A stretch of 24,000 bases of DNA from Flavobacteriaceae bacterium MAR_2010_188 (GTDB lineage Bacteria > Bacteroidota > Bacteroidia > Flavobacteriales > Flavobacteriaceae): assembly GCA_900104375.1 (NCBI GenBank), contig LT629302.1:3244480-3268479 (forward strand). The letters run 5' to 3'. Made by a program: the position numbers and the translations under genes. Positions within the stretch are counted from its first letter, which is position 1, and each line of letters begins with the position of its first letter. Below the pieces are notes generated by a model. The model did no database searches and was not told the origin of the DNA. It saw nothing but the letters and a program-made list of their open reading frames with translations. Positions 16,896-24,000 of the stretch are shown in pieces.

Positions 16896-17165
16896 CTAAT
16901 ACTTCAAGGTTTTTAATGTTGGATTTTTTTCCTTTATAAGAGCAATTTTCCAATAATGCTTCCAATTCTTCAATTGTTTCTCTCTGGCTTGTTTTATAAC
17001 ACTAAATAATTCAAAATAAATAAGATATTTTATGTTGTATTTTTTTTGTGAATTCACTACCACTTCCGTCAAAATGTTCAGTCATCCTTTTACAGAGATT
17101 TGCTGTAACTCCTATGTAAAAGGTTGTCCTAAATTTATTAGTCAATATATAGATATAACTTTCAT
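16896..17165 (-). pseudogene. GIY-YIG nuclease family gene disrupted by two homopolymer frameshifts
   Basis: My own minus-strand translation gives three pieces: ATG-AAA (17165), then in another frame YILTNKFRTTFYIGVTANLCKRMTEHFDGSGSEFTKK, then in the original frame KKYNIKYLIYFELFSVIKQAREKQLKNWKHYWKIALIKEKNPTLKTLKY*. The frame switches fall in an A3 run near 17160-17162 and an A8 run (T8 on the plus strand, 17040-17047). Repairing both gives an 89-aa GIY-YIG protein. Confidence 0.75.
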
Positions 17166-17211
17166 TCAGGGGCTAGTGAATTAACTACATAATAAATATT
17201 TTTTAGGGAAT

Positions 17212-17844
17212 TCAACTTAATATAAAATCATTAAACACATCATCCTCCTTAAATTGCTCGGCATATTCCTTTATGACATTCTGATCAAAATATGGCTCAT
17301 CACTAATTCGACCCAATACCATCACCCCACTCATTTTTGAAATAATTTCTTCAGTACTCTTATTTTCATTTCCTGACCAGACGATAGCAGTATTTAATTT
17401 CTTTTGCTTCAACTTATCTAAAGTTAGTAAAGTGTGATTTATACTTCCCAAATAATGTCTAGACACCACCACCACTTTATAATCAGGTTTTATTAAATCT
17501 AGAATGGTGTTCTCATCATTTAAGGGAACCAGCAATCCACCCGCGCCTTCTATCACCAGATGATTGTTTGTTTTTGGCTCGATGATTTCTTCAAGATTGA
17601 TTTTTCTTCCATCAATCTCTGCAGCTGCATGAGGGCTCATAGGGGTTTGTAATGCGTAACTATTTGGATGAAATTTTGATTCTGAATTCGACACCAGTTT
17701 TTTAATTTTATGGCTATCAGAATTTTCCAAATCCCCTGCTTGGATGGGTTTCCAATAATCGGCTTTTAGCGCTTCAACAATAACGGCAGAAAATATAGTT
17801 TTACCTACATCAGTAGAAATTCCGGTGACAAATATTTTAGACAT
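17212..17844 (-). CDS. bioD: Dethiobiotin synthetase
   Basis: MSKIFVTGISTDVGKT P-loop at the N-terminus; EGAGGLLVP motif. The ATG at 17844 is preferred over the ORF-track start at 17889. ATGTCTAA overlaps the upstream gene's stop. Confidence 0.9.
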   Translation of the reverse strand: MSKIFVTGISTDVGKTIFSAVIVEALKADYWKPIQAGDLENSDSHKIKKLVSNSESKFHPNSYALQTPMSPHAAAEIDGRKINLEEIIEPKTNNHLVIEGAGGLLVPLNDENTILDLIKPDYKVVVVSRHYLGSINHTLLTLDKLKQKKLNTAIVWSGNENKSTEEIISKMSGVMVLGRISDEPYFDQNVIKEYAEQFKEDDVFNDFILS

Positions 17845-18220
17845 TAAAAATCGTATTACAAGCGTTACAGACGTAGCGTTTCTTTTCAAAAAAAGGGAAT
17901 AACATATAAAATATGTTTTTTCTTTCTAACGGAGCGATCAAAATGCGGCTAGAATTGCAGTTGATGCAATGAATTGAATTTCCTTCAGAATCCGTTTCAT
18001 ATTCCCTTATCTGATCATAAATTGCTCTAGCTTTTATGAAATCATTTTTGTGAACCAATAATTTAACCCCGCCAATCGCCTGACTGATCAGCGGGTCCGA
18101 GTCGATGGTCTTTTCGTCCATTAACATGCACTGAATGTCTTCTGACTCGAGCTTAGATTTTAGCATTTGGGCTTCGGTCGAATAATCAAACACATTTAAG
18201 ACTTTATAAATGGGGTTCAT
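17837..18220 (-). CDS. DUF2007-like (putative signal-transducing, GlnB-like fold) domain fused to a C-terminal CxxC...CxxC zinc ribbon
   Basis: The N-terminal ~70 aa (VFDYSTEAQMLKSKLESEDIQCMLMDEK...GGVKLLVHKNDFIKARAIY) resemble DUF2007. The C-terminus has CINCNS...CNACN. ATGA overlaps the bioF stop and there is an 8-nt overlap with the bioD start. Confidence 0.65.
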   Translation of the reverse strand: MNPIYKVLNVFDYSTEAQMLKSKLESEDIQCMLMDEKTIDSDPLISQAIGGVKLLVHKNDFIKARAIYDQIREYETDSEGNSIHCINCNSSRILIAPLERKNIFYMLFPFFEKKRYVCNACNTIFNV

Positions 18221-19356
18221 TTTGATTGTATCAGCTTAGAAAGAGTTTGAAGGACTTTAGTTATTTGGATTTTTTCGTTAAAAGAATGAATGCAAAACCG
18301 AAGACGTTCTTGACCACTTGGTACAGAAGGATAAAGAATCGGCTTCACATTAAAACCTTGTTCCTGAATTTGTTTTGCGACACTTTTTACTTTATCGTTC
18401 CCAGAAATTAGGCAAGAATGAATGGCCGAATCACTTATAATAAATAGATTTTCAAGATTATTTTTGGTTATTTCAAATTTGAAAAATTTAATATTATCAT
18501 GAAGTTTTTCAAGATTTGAAATATCATTTAGTGAATCATAGGAAGCGCTAATTGTCGCAAGCGAATGCGGCGGTAGAGCAGTGGTATAAATAAGCGACCT
18601 TGAAAAATTCACCAGATACTCTTTTAATTTATCCGATCCTAAAACTGCGGCTCCATGTGCTCCAATGGCTTTGCCGAAAGTAATTATCCGCGCAAAAATT
18701 TTATTTTGAAGGTTTAAATCTTGAACTAATCCCACCCCATTTTTTCCGAATACCCCGACCGCATGAGCTTCATCAACTACTAAAAAAATATTTTGTTCAG
18801 CACAAATTTTGGCCATTTCGGTCAGATTTGGGCTATCGCCATCCATTGAAAATACCGATTCCGTAACCACATAAATAGTTTCAACATCTTGAAATCTTTT
18901 CGACTTAAGTTTTAAATCTTCAAGATTATTATGACCAAACTTAAATGACTTTGCCTTGCTAATGGAGATGCCGTCGCGTATGGATGCATGAATAAATTCA
19001 TCGTATAAAATCACATCACCACGTTGAGGTACCGAAGAAAAAAATCCAATGTTGGTATCGTAACCAGAGTTAAAAATCAGGCAGGCTTCGGATTCGTGAA
19101 AATAACATAATTGCTTTTCTACAATGGGGTATAAAGAATGATTTCCGGTCAATAAACGCGAACCCGTGGAGCCATTAAGACGCAGCTCATTTTTTTCTAA
19201 AATTTCTTGGGCCGAATTATATATTGTTTCAGATTTAGAGAATCCCAAATAATCATTGGACGAAAAATCCACTAATGCGTGGGAAGTTCCCAATGATCTA
19301 AACGCATTTTCATTCTTGCGTTTATCTAATTTAGCCTGAAGTGATTTTGGAAACAT
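18217..19356 (-). CDS. bioF: 8-amino-7-oxononanoate synthase
   Basis: Alpha-oxoamine synthase motifs: VDEAHAVGVFG, and FGKAIGAHGAAV carrying the PLP lysine. 379 aa; first gene of the biotin cluster. Confidence 0.9.
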   Translation of the reverse strand: MFPKSLQAKLDKRKNENAFRSLGTSHALVDFSSNDYLGFSKSETIYNSAQEILEKNELRLNGSTGSRLLTGNHSLYPIVEKQLCYFHESEACLIFNSGYDTNIGFFSSVPQRGDVILYDEFIHASIRDGISISKAKSFKFGHNNLEDLKLKSKRFQDVETIYVVTESVFSMDGDSPNLTEMAKICAEQNIFLVVDEAHAVGVFGKNGVGLVQDLNLQNKIFARIITFGKAIGAHGAAVLGSDKLKEYLVNFSRSLIYTTALPPHSLATISASYDSLNDISNLEKLHDNIKFFKFEITKNNLENLFIISDSAIHSCLISGNDKVKSVAKQIQEQGFNVKPILYPSVPSGQERLRFCIHSFNEKIQITKVLQTLSKLIQSK

Positions 19357-19477
19357 CGACTCAAAGATACAAACTGCTCCGCGAAATTACAGGTTCAAAA
19401 AATGTCATAAAATTATAGAAATGGGACAAAGTTAAAAATCGTGATTCTTTGTATATTCGGTGTATAAACACTTTCTA

Positions 19478-21262
19478 ATGAGATACATTTTTTCGGTATT
19501 ATTAATTTTTGCTATTTCCAATACTTCAACCTCACAAACTTCTTACACAATAAGCTTTCCGGCCGCGGTACACCATGAGGCTGAAATCGAAGCGGTTTTT
19601 AAAAACATAAAAAACGATACGGCCACTTTTAAAATGAGCCGTAGTTCACCTGGGCGCTATGCCTTGCACGAGTTTGCCAAAAATGTTTACAGTGTCTCGG
19701 CAACCGATTTAAAGGATAAGCCTTTAACCATCTTTAGGACAGATCCTTATTCTTGGCATGTCACTGGTCATAAGGGTGAGATTAAAGTGAAATACACCCT
19801 GTTTGCTAACCATGCGGACGGCACCTATTCGCAGATTGACGAAACCCACGCTCACCTAAATATGCCGGCAACATTTATGTTTATGGACGAGTTGAAGGAT
19901 TCAAAATATCAATTGAAGATTATGCCGAGGCAAGATTTAAATTGGAAAATCGCTACCCAACTTCAAAAAGAATCCGATACCGATTTTTTAGCGGAAGACC
20001 TTCAATATTTTATGGACAGCCCAATTGAAATTAGCGATTTAAGAATGCGGACTTTCGAAATCAGTGACAATGATAGAACTCAAACCATAGAAGTTGCACT
20101 GCATGACTCTAAAGCTTCTGACTCTGATTTTGAACAATATTCTAAATACGTTGAGGATATCGTTAAACAAGAACAAGCTGTTTTTGGCGAGCTGCCTACT
20201 TATGATTTCGGAAAGTATACCTTTTTAGCGTGTTTTATGCCGCAGAATTCTGGTGATGCCATGGAACATAGAAATTCAACATCTTTATCTTCTACCAGAA
20301 GTTTGGCCGATGGCGGCGTAAAAGGAAATTTAGGAAGCGCGGCCCATGAATTTTTTCATTGCTGGAATGTCGAACGTATTAGACCCCAAGCTTTAGAACC
20401 TTTTGATTTTTCTGAAGCTAACATGAGTGGAGAACTTTGGTTTGCCGAAGGTTTTACTAACTATTTCGATGGTTTAAGTATGGTCAGGGCCGGGGTGATT
20501 ACCCAAGAGGATTTTATACAGGGAATGGGAAGAACTTTCAATTTTGTATGGACCAGCTCCGGGAGAGAATATTTTAATCCAATAGAAATGAGCTATCAGG
20601 CGCCTTTTGTTGATGCGGCCAGGTCTGTGGACGCAACTAATCGCAACAATACTTTTATCTCTTATTATTCTTATGGCGATATGTTAGGATTGGCTCTAGA
20701 CCTCGCACTGAGGAAGGAAGGAAAAGATTTAGATTCGTTTATGCAATTGGTTTGGAACACCTACGGAAAAAAACAGCAACCCTACACGGTTGACGATATT
20801 CATAAGAGCCTATCTAAATTCTCTTCACAGAAATTTTCCGATGATTATTTCAATAACTACATCTATAAAAGTGAAATGCCTGATTTTATGCCTTTGTTCG
20901 AAAATGTTGGTTTAAAATATGAGATTGAAAAAAAACCGGGTTTTGGAGTTTCCGTAAAGGACAACAAGGTTTTAAATAATCCTACTAATGGTTCTACCGC
21001 ATATAAAGCGGGCATTCAGGAAAATGATAAAATCATTAGGTTAAATGAAACCAGTATTTCCAACAGCCAAAATCCAAATACTTTGATATCTAACATGAAG
21101 GTTGGGGATTCTATAAATATTACCTTAGAACGTTATGGAAAATTGATGACTATTGAAACCGAGGTTTTGCCAGAGACCAATTATAAAATCGAACTCATTC
21201 CAGATGAAGGTTTGAATGATGAGCAGAGGAAGAACAAGTTATCATGGTTGGGTAAAAAATAA
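19478..21262 (+). CDS. M61 family (glycyl aminopeptidase-like) metallopeptidase with C-terminal PDZ domain
   Basis: Signal peptide MRYIFSVLLIFAISNTS; zinc motif AAHEFFHCWNVERIRP (HExxH); C-terminal PDZ-like segment (GSTAYKAGIQENDKIIRLNE). The ATG at 19478 is preferred over the GTG at 19460. Confidence 0.85.
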   Translation: MRYIFSVLLIFAISNTSTSQTSYTISFPAAVHHEAEIEAVFKNIKNDTATFKMSRSSPGRYALHEFAKNVYSVSATDLKDKPLTIFRTDPYSWHVTGHKGEIKVKYTLFANHADGTYSQIDETHAHLNMPATFMFMDELKDSKYQLKIMPRQDLNWKIATQLQKESDTDFLAEDLQYFMDSPIEISDLRMRTFEISDNDRTQTIEVALHDSKASDSDFEQYSKYVEDIVKQEQAVFGELPTYDFGKYTFLACFMPQNSGDAMEHRNSTSLSSTRSLADGGVKGNLGSAAHEFFHCWNVERIRPQALEPFDFSEANMSGELWFAEGFTNYFDGLSMVRAGVITQEDFIQGMGRTFNFVWTSSGREYFNPIEMSYQAPFVDAARSVDATNRNNTFISYYSYGDMLGLALDLALRKEGKDLDSFMQLVWNTYGKKQQPYTVDDIHKSLSKFSSQKFSDDYFNNYIYKSEMPDFMPLFENVGLKYEIEKKPGFGVSVKDNKVLNNPTNGSTAYKAGIQENDKIIRLNETSISNSQNPNTLISNMKVGDSINITLERYGKLMTIETEVLPETNYKIELIPDEGLNDEQRKNKLSWLGKK

Positions 21263-21822
21263 TGTCGTCTGTAATTTATAAGCGAGCAGAAACAACTGAA
21301 GAATTAAAACAAATCTTAAATCTTCAAAATCGAAATTTCCCTGATTCGGTTGCTGAGGAAGAAAGAATTTTGGAGGGTTTCGTGACGGTAAGACATAATT
21401 TAGAAATTTTGACCGAGATGAATAAGCGCTGCGCACATATTATCGCAGTGATTGATGAAAGGGTAGTGGCTTATGCACTAAGTATGCATCCAAGCTTTAA
21501 GAACGACATTGAAATACTTAAACCGATGTTTATTCAAATTGAAGACACTGTCGATAAGGATTTAAGCTATATCGCGATGGGTCAGATTTGCATCGATAAG
21601 AATTTTAGAAAACAAGGCATTTTCAAAGGACTTTATAATTTTATGGGGATTGAGCTTCGACCGGAATATGACGCTGTTATTACCGAAGTAGATTCCGAAA
21701 ATCATAGGTCTATGAACGCACATGTTGGAGCTGGATTTAAATGCATCTCAAATTATATGGCAGACGGTCACGACTGGAATTTATTGATAAAATACTGGAA
21801 TATTAACAAGATAAACACCTAA
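21262..21822 (+). CDS. GNAT family N-acetyltransferase
   Basis: Acetyl-CoA-binding motif QICIDKNFRKQGIFKGLY (R-x-x-G-x-G/A type). 186 aa. Its ATG overlaps the M61 stop (TAATG). Confidence 0.75.
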   Translation: MSSVIYKRAETTEELKQILNLQNRNFPDSVAEEERILEGFVTVRHNLEILTEMNKRCAHIIAVIDERVVAYALSMHPSFKNDIEILKPMFIQIEDTVDKDLSYIAMGQICIDKNFRKQGIFKGLYNFMGIELRPEYDAVITEVDSENHRSMNAHVGAGFKCISNYMADGHDWNLLIKYWNINKINT

Positions 21823-21825
21823 AAA

Positions 21826-23736
21826 TTGAAATCTGACATTACATACAAGGAACCCGGCCGTTTTGAGGAAACGCGCTACGAGAAAATCCATAATATTATC
21901 GTTGAATCTTCAGATGAGGGTTCTATCATGGTGGCAGAGGAAATTGCTCAACTCATCAAAGAAAAACAGACTCGAAATGAAACTTGTGTACTGGGACTGG
22001 CGACTGGTTCGTCCCCAATTAAGGTTTACGAGGAGCTGGTAAGAATGCATAGAGAAGAAAATTTGAGTTTTAGGAACGTTATCACCTTCAATTTAGATGA
22101 ATATTATCCAATGCCGAAAGATGATGATCAAAGCTACTATCATTTTATGCACGAACATCTTTTCAATTACATCGATATACCCTCAGAAAACATAAATATT
22201 CCGGACGGGATGGTGAGTAATGAGGATCTTCACGATTACTGTATTGCATATGAGAAGCGGATTAAGGATGCTGGAGGATTAGATTTTCAATTACTTGGAA
22301 TTGGTCGGACTGGTCACATTGGGTTTAATGAACCAGGTTCTCATTTTAATTCGGTCACCCGAAATATTACGCTAGATCATATTACTAGGGTCGATGCGGC
22401 AGGATCTTTCCATGGAATTGATAATGTTCCTAGAAAAGCGATCACGATGGGAATAGAAACCGTGAAAAATGCAAAAAGGATTGTGTTATTGGCTTGGGGT
22501 ATCAACAAGGCAGACATTGTGAAGCGCACCATTGAAGGTTCTATCAATTCTGATGTACCCGCAACCTATCTTCAAGAGCATCCAAATACGACCTTTATTT
22601 TAGATACTGGGGCCTCTTCCAAATTAACTAGAGTTAAGACTCCTTGGATCGTCAGCAATCCAGTCTGGACGGAGAATCTTCAGTTTAAGGCAGTTGTTTG
22701 GTTAAGTGAAGTGATGGACAAGCCCATTCTTAAATTAACCTCAAAAGATTATAATGATAATGGGATGTCCGGGCTATTGGCAGAAGCTGGAAGCGCTTAC
22801 GATTTAAATATTAAAATGTTTAATAAACTTCAGCACACTATTAGTGGTTGGCCAGGAGGCAAGAGGGGAGCAGATGATACCAATAGGCCAGAACGAGCAG
22901 TACCGGAGAAAAAGAGGGTCATTATCTTTAGCCCGCACCCAGACGACGATGTTATTTCAATGGGAGGTACGTTTGATAGATTGGTAGAACAAGGCCATGA
23001 TGTCCATGTCGCTTACCAAACTTCTGGAAATATCGCAGTTTCTGATGAAGAGGCTTTAAAATTTGCCGAAATCGCCAATGCTTTAACTTCAGACAATTCC
23101 AAAGTTGAAAAAATAATAAATTCTCTTAAATCGAATTCTGGACCAAGAACCGATGGAAGTATTAGAAAGTTGAAAGGATTAATAAGACGAAATGAATCTT
23201 TCGGCGCAACACGATATTTAGGTTTAGACGATAAGAATGTGCATTTTTTAGACCTTCCATTTTATGAAACGGGAACTATTAAGAAAAATCCACTTTCTGA
23301 AAAGGATATTTCTATTATGTGCAATCTTATAAAGGAAATTAAACCTCACCAGATATATGCCGCCGGAGATTTGGCAGATCCACACGGAACTCATAAAGTT
23401 TGTCTAGACGCACTCTTTATATCACTTAATAAATTAAAATCTGAACCTTTTATACAAGACTGTTGGGTTTGGCTATATCGAGGAGCTTGGCACGAATGGG
23501 AAACGTATGAAATTGACATGGCAGTGCCGATGAGCCCTGACCAAGTCCTTAAAAAACGTCATGCAATTTTTTACCACCAATCACAAAAAGATGGTGTGAT
23601 GTTTATGGGTGATGACTCTAGGGAGTTTTGGGTTAGGGTTGAAGACAGGAATCGGTTAACCGCCAATAAATATAACGACCTCGGACTGGCAGATTACGAA
23701 GCTATTGAAGCCTTTAAGCGGCATCACTTTCTATAA
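21826..23736 (+). CDS. nagB: Long-form glucosamine-6-phosphate deaminase: NagB domain fused to a C-terminal LmbE/PIG-L-like deacetylase domain
   Basis: N-terminal NagB motifs are VLGLATGSSP, FNLDEYYPM and LLGIGRTGHIGFNEPGS. The C-terminal domain has the PIG-L signature VIIFSPHPDDDVISMGGT and a later DPHGTHK. The TTG start at 21826 is 3 nt after the GNAT stop. Confidence 0.85.
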   Translation: MKSDITYKEPGRFEETRYEKIHNIIVESSDEGSIMVAEEIAQLIKEKQTRNETCVLGLATGSSPIKVYEELVRMHREENLSFRNVITFNLDEYYPMPKDDDQSYYHFMHEHLFNYIDIPSENINIPDGMVSNEDLHDYCIAYEKRIKDAGGLDFQLLGIGRTGHIGFNEPGSHFNSVTRNITLDHITRVDAAGSFHGIDNVPRKAITMGIETVKNAKRIVLLAWGINKADIVKRTIEGSINSDVPATYLQEHPNTTFILDTGASSKLTRVKTPWIVSNPVWTENLQFKAVVWLSEVMDKPILKLTSKDYNDNGMSGLLAEAGSAYDLNIKMFNKLQHTISGWPGGKRGADDTNRPERAVPEKKRVIIFSPHPDDDVISMGGTFDRLVEQGHDVHVAYQTSGNIAVSDEEALKFAEIANALTSDNSKVEKIINSLKSNSGPRTDGSIRKLKGLIRRNESFGATRYLGLDDKNVHFLDLPFYETGTIKKNPLSEKDISIMCNLIKEIKPHQIYAAGDLADPHGTHKVCLDALFISLNKLKSEPFIQDCWVWLYRGAWHEWETYEIDMAVPMSPDQVLKKRHAIFYHQSQKDGVMFMGDDSREFWVRVEDRNRLTANKYNDLGLADYEAIEAFKRHHFL

Positions 23737-23740
23737 AATA

Positions 23741-23771
23741 AAAAAAAGCCATCAAGAAATTGATGGCTTTT
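23741..23771. terminator. Bidirectional Rho-independent terminator between nagB and atpC
   Basis: An 8-bp GC-containing stem (GCCATCAA 23748-23755 with TTGATGGC 23760-23767) with a GAAA loop. It is flanked by an A-run upstream and TTTT downstream, so it can function on either strand. Confidence 0.8.
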
Positions 23772-23795
23772 AATTTATATTGAATTTTTTGTTAT

Positions 23796-24000
23796 TTAAT
23801 CCGCTAAGACAACCACATGGTTATCTTTCATTTCTACCGTACCAGAAGTAATCGGTAAAAAATAACCCTGTCTTCTTTCAGATTTTTGAAATCTATCGGC
23901 AACGTTTCCATTAAGGGTAATATTTCCATATAACTTCACAAATCCTTCTTCTAATAAAGAAATGATTGCCGCATGATTGTTAAGCATTTCAAATTCTCCT
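23796..24000 (-). CDS. atpC: F0F1 ATP synthase subunit epsilon, C-terminal part (5' end beyond window)
   Basis: The frame stays open to the window edge (GEFEMLNNHAAIISLLEEG...VVVLAD). The (F)xxLxNHA motif and short length fit the Bacteroidota epsilon subunit. Confidence 0.7.
   Translation of the reverse strand, partial: GEFEMLNNHAAIISLLEEGFVKLYGNITLNGNVADRFQKSERRQGYFLPITSGTVEMKDNHVVVLAD

Noticed and set aside
19426-19452. Inverted repeat ACAAAG-N15-CTTTGT in the bioF/M61 divergent intergenic region, as a possible biotin-repressor operator
   Set aside because: It has only 6-bp arms in AT-rich DNA, does not extend, and does not resemble the BirA operator consensus. This is within chance expectation.
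13262-21436. Antisense ORFs 13262-13513, 14606-14812, 15939-16133, 18226-18411 and 21242-21436
   Set aside because: Each lies inside and opposite to a confidently identified enzyme gene (bioB, KAS-like, bioA, bioF, M61/GNAT). None has recognisable motifs.
1-24000. Search by eye for CRISPR arrays, tRNA/rRNA genes, integrases or transposases, and toxin-antitoxin or restriction/defence genes
   Set aside because: No regularly spaced direct repeats, no cloverleaf-compatible GC-rich segments in intergenic regions, and no recombinase or defence-type motifs were seen in any ORF. The only mobile-element trace is the GIY-YIG remnant with its hairpins.

Overview
AT-rich chromosomal window that looks like a Flavobacteriia (Bacteroidota) genome. 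Supporting signs are proteins with type IX secretion (T9SS) C-terminal sorting domains, a PorZ-like propeller protein, a TonB-dependent receptor with a carboxypeptidase-regulatory-like N-domain, TAnnTTTG promoter-like boxes, and a GIY-YIG remnant followed by CTGAA-N5-TTCAG hairpins. Gene content left to right: 3' end of gdhA; a tightly packed PorZ-like/recO/TonB-receptor array; a convergent 1633-aa multidomain T9SS cargo protein with two lamin-tail domains; recX; a small outer-membrane beta-barrel protein. A long minus-strand biotin cluster follows: bioF, DUF2007/zinc-ribbon, bioD, [GIY-YIG pseudogene plus hairpin repeats], bioA, KAS I/II-like condensing enzyme, bioB, JmjC/cupin oxygenase. The window ends with an M61 peptidase/GNAT/long-form NagB (deaminase fused to an LmbE-like deacetylase) cluster and the 3' part of atpC. 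I saw no rRNA, tRNA, CRISPR array, intact transposase/integrase or recognisable defence genes. The most interesting candidate is the biotin cluster. All four late-step genes are present, but none of the known pimeloyl-thioester routes (BioC/BioH-type, BioW, BioI, BioZ) is visible. Instead it carries a FabB/FabF-like synthase with an intact Cys-His-His triad, a translationally coupled DUF2007/zinc-ribbon gene and a 2OG-oxygenase-like cupin. All functional calls rest on by-eye motif recognition in the supplied translations; no database search was run.
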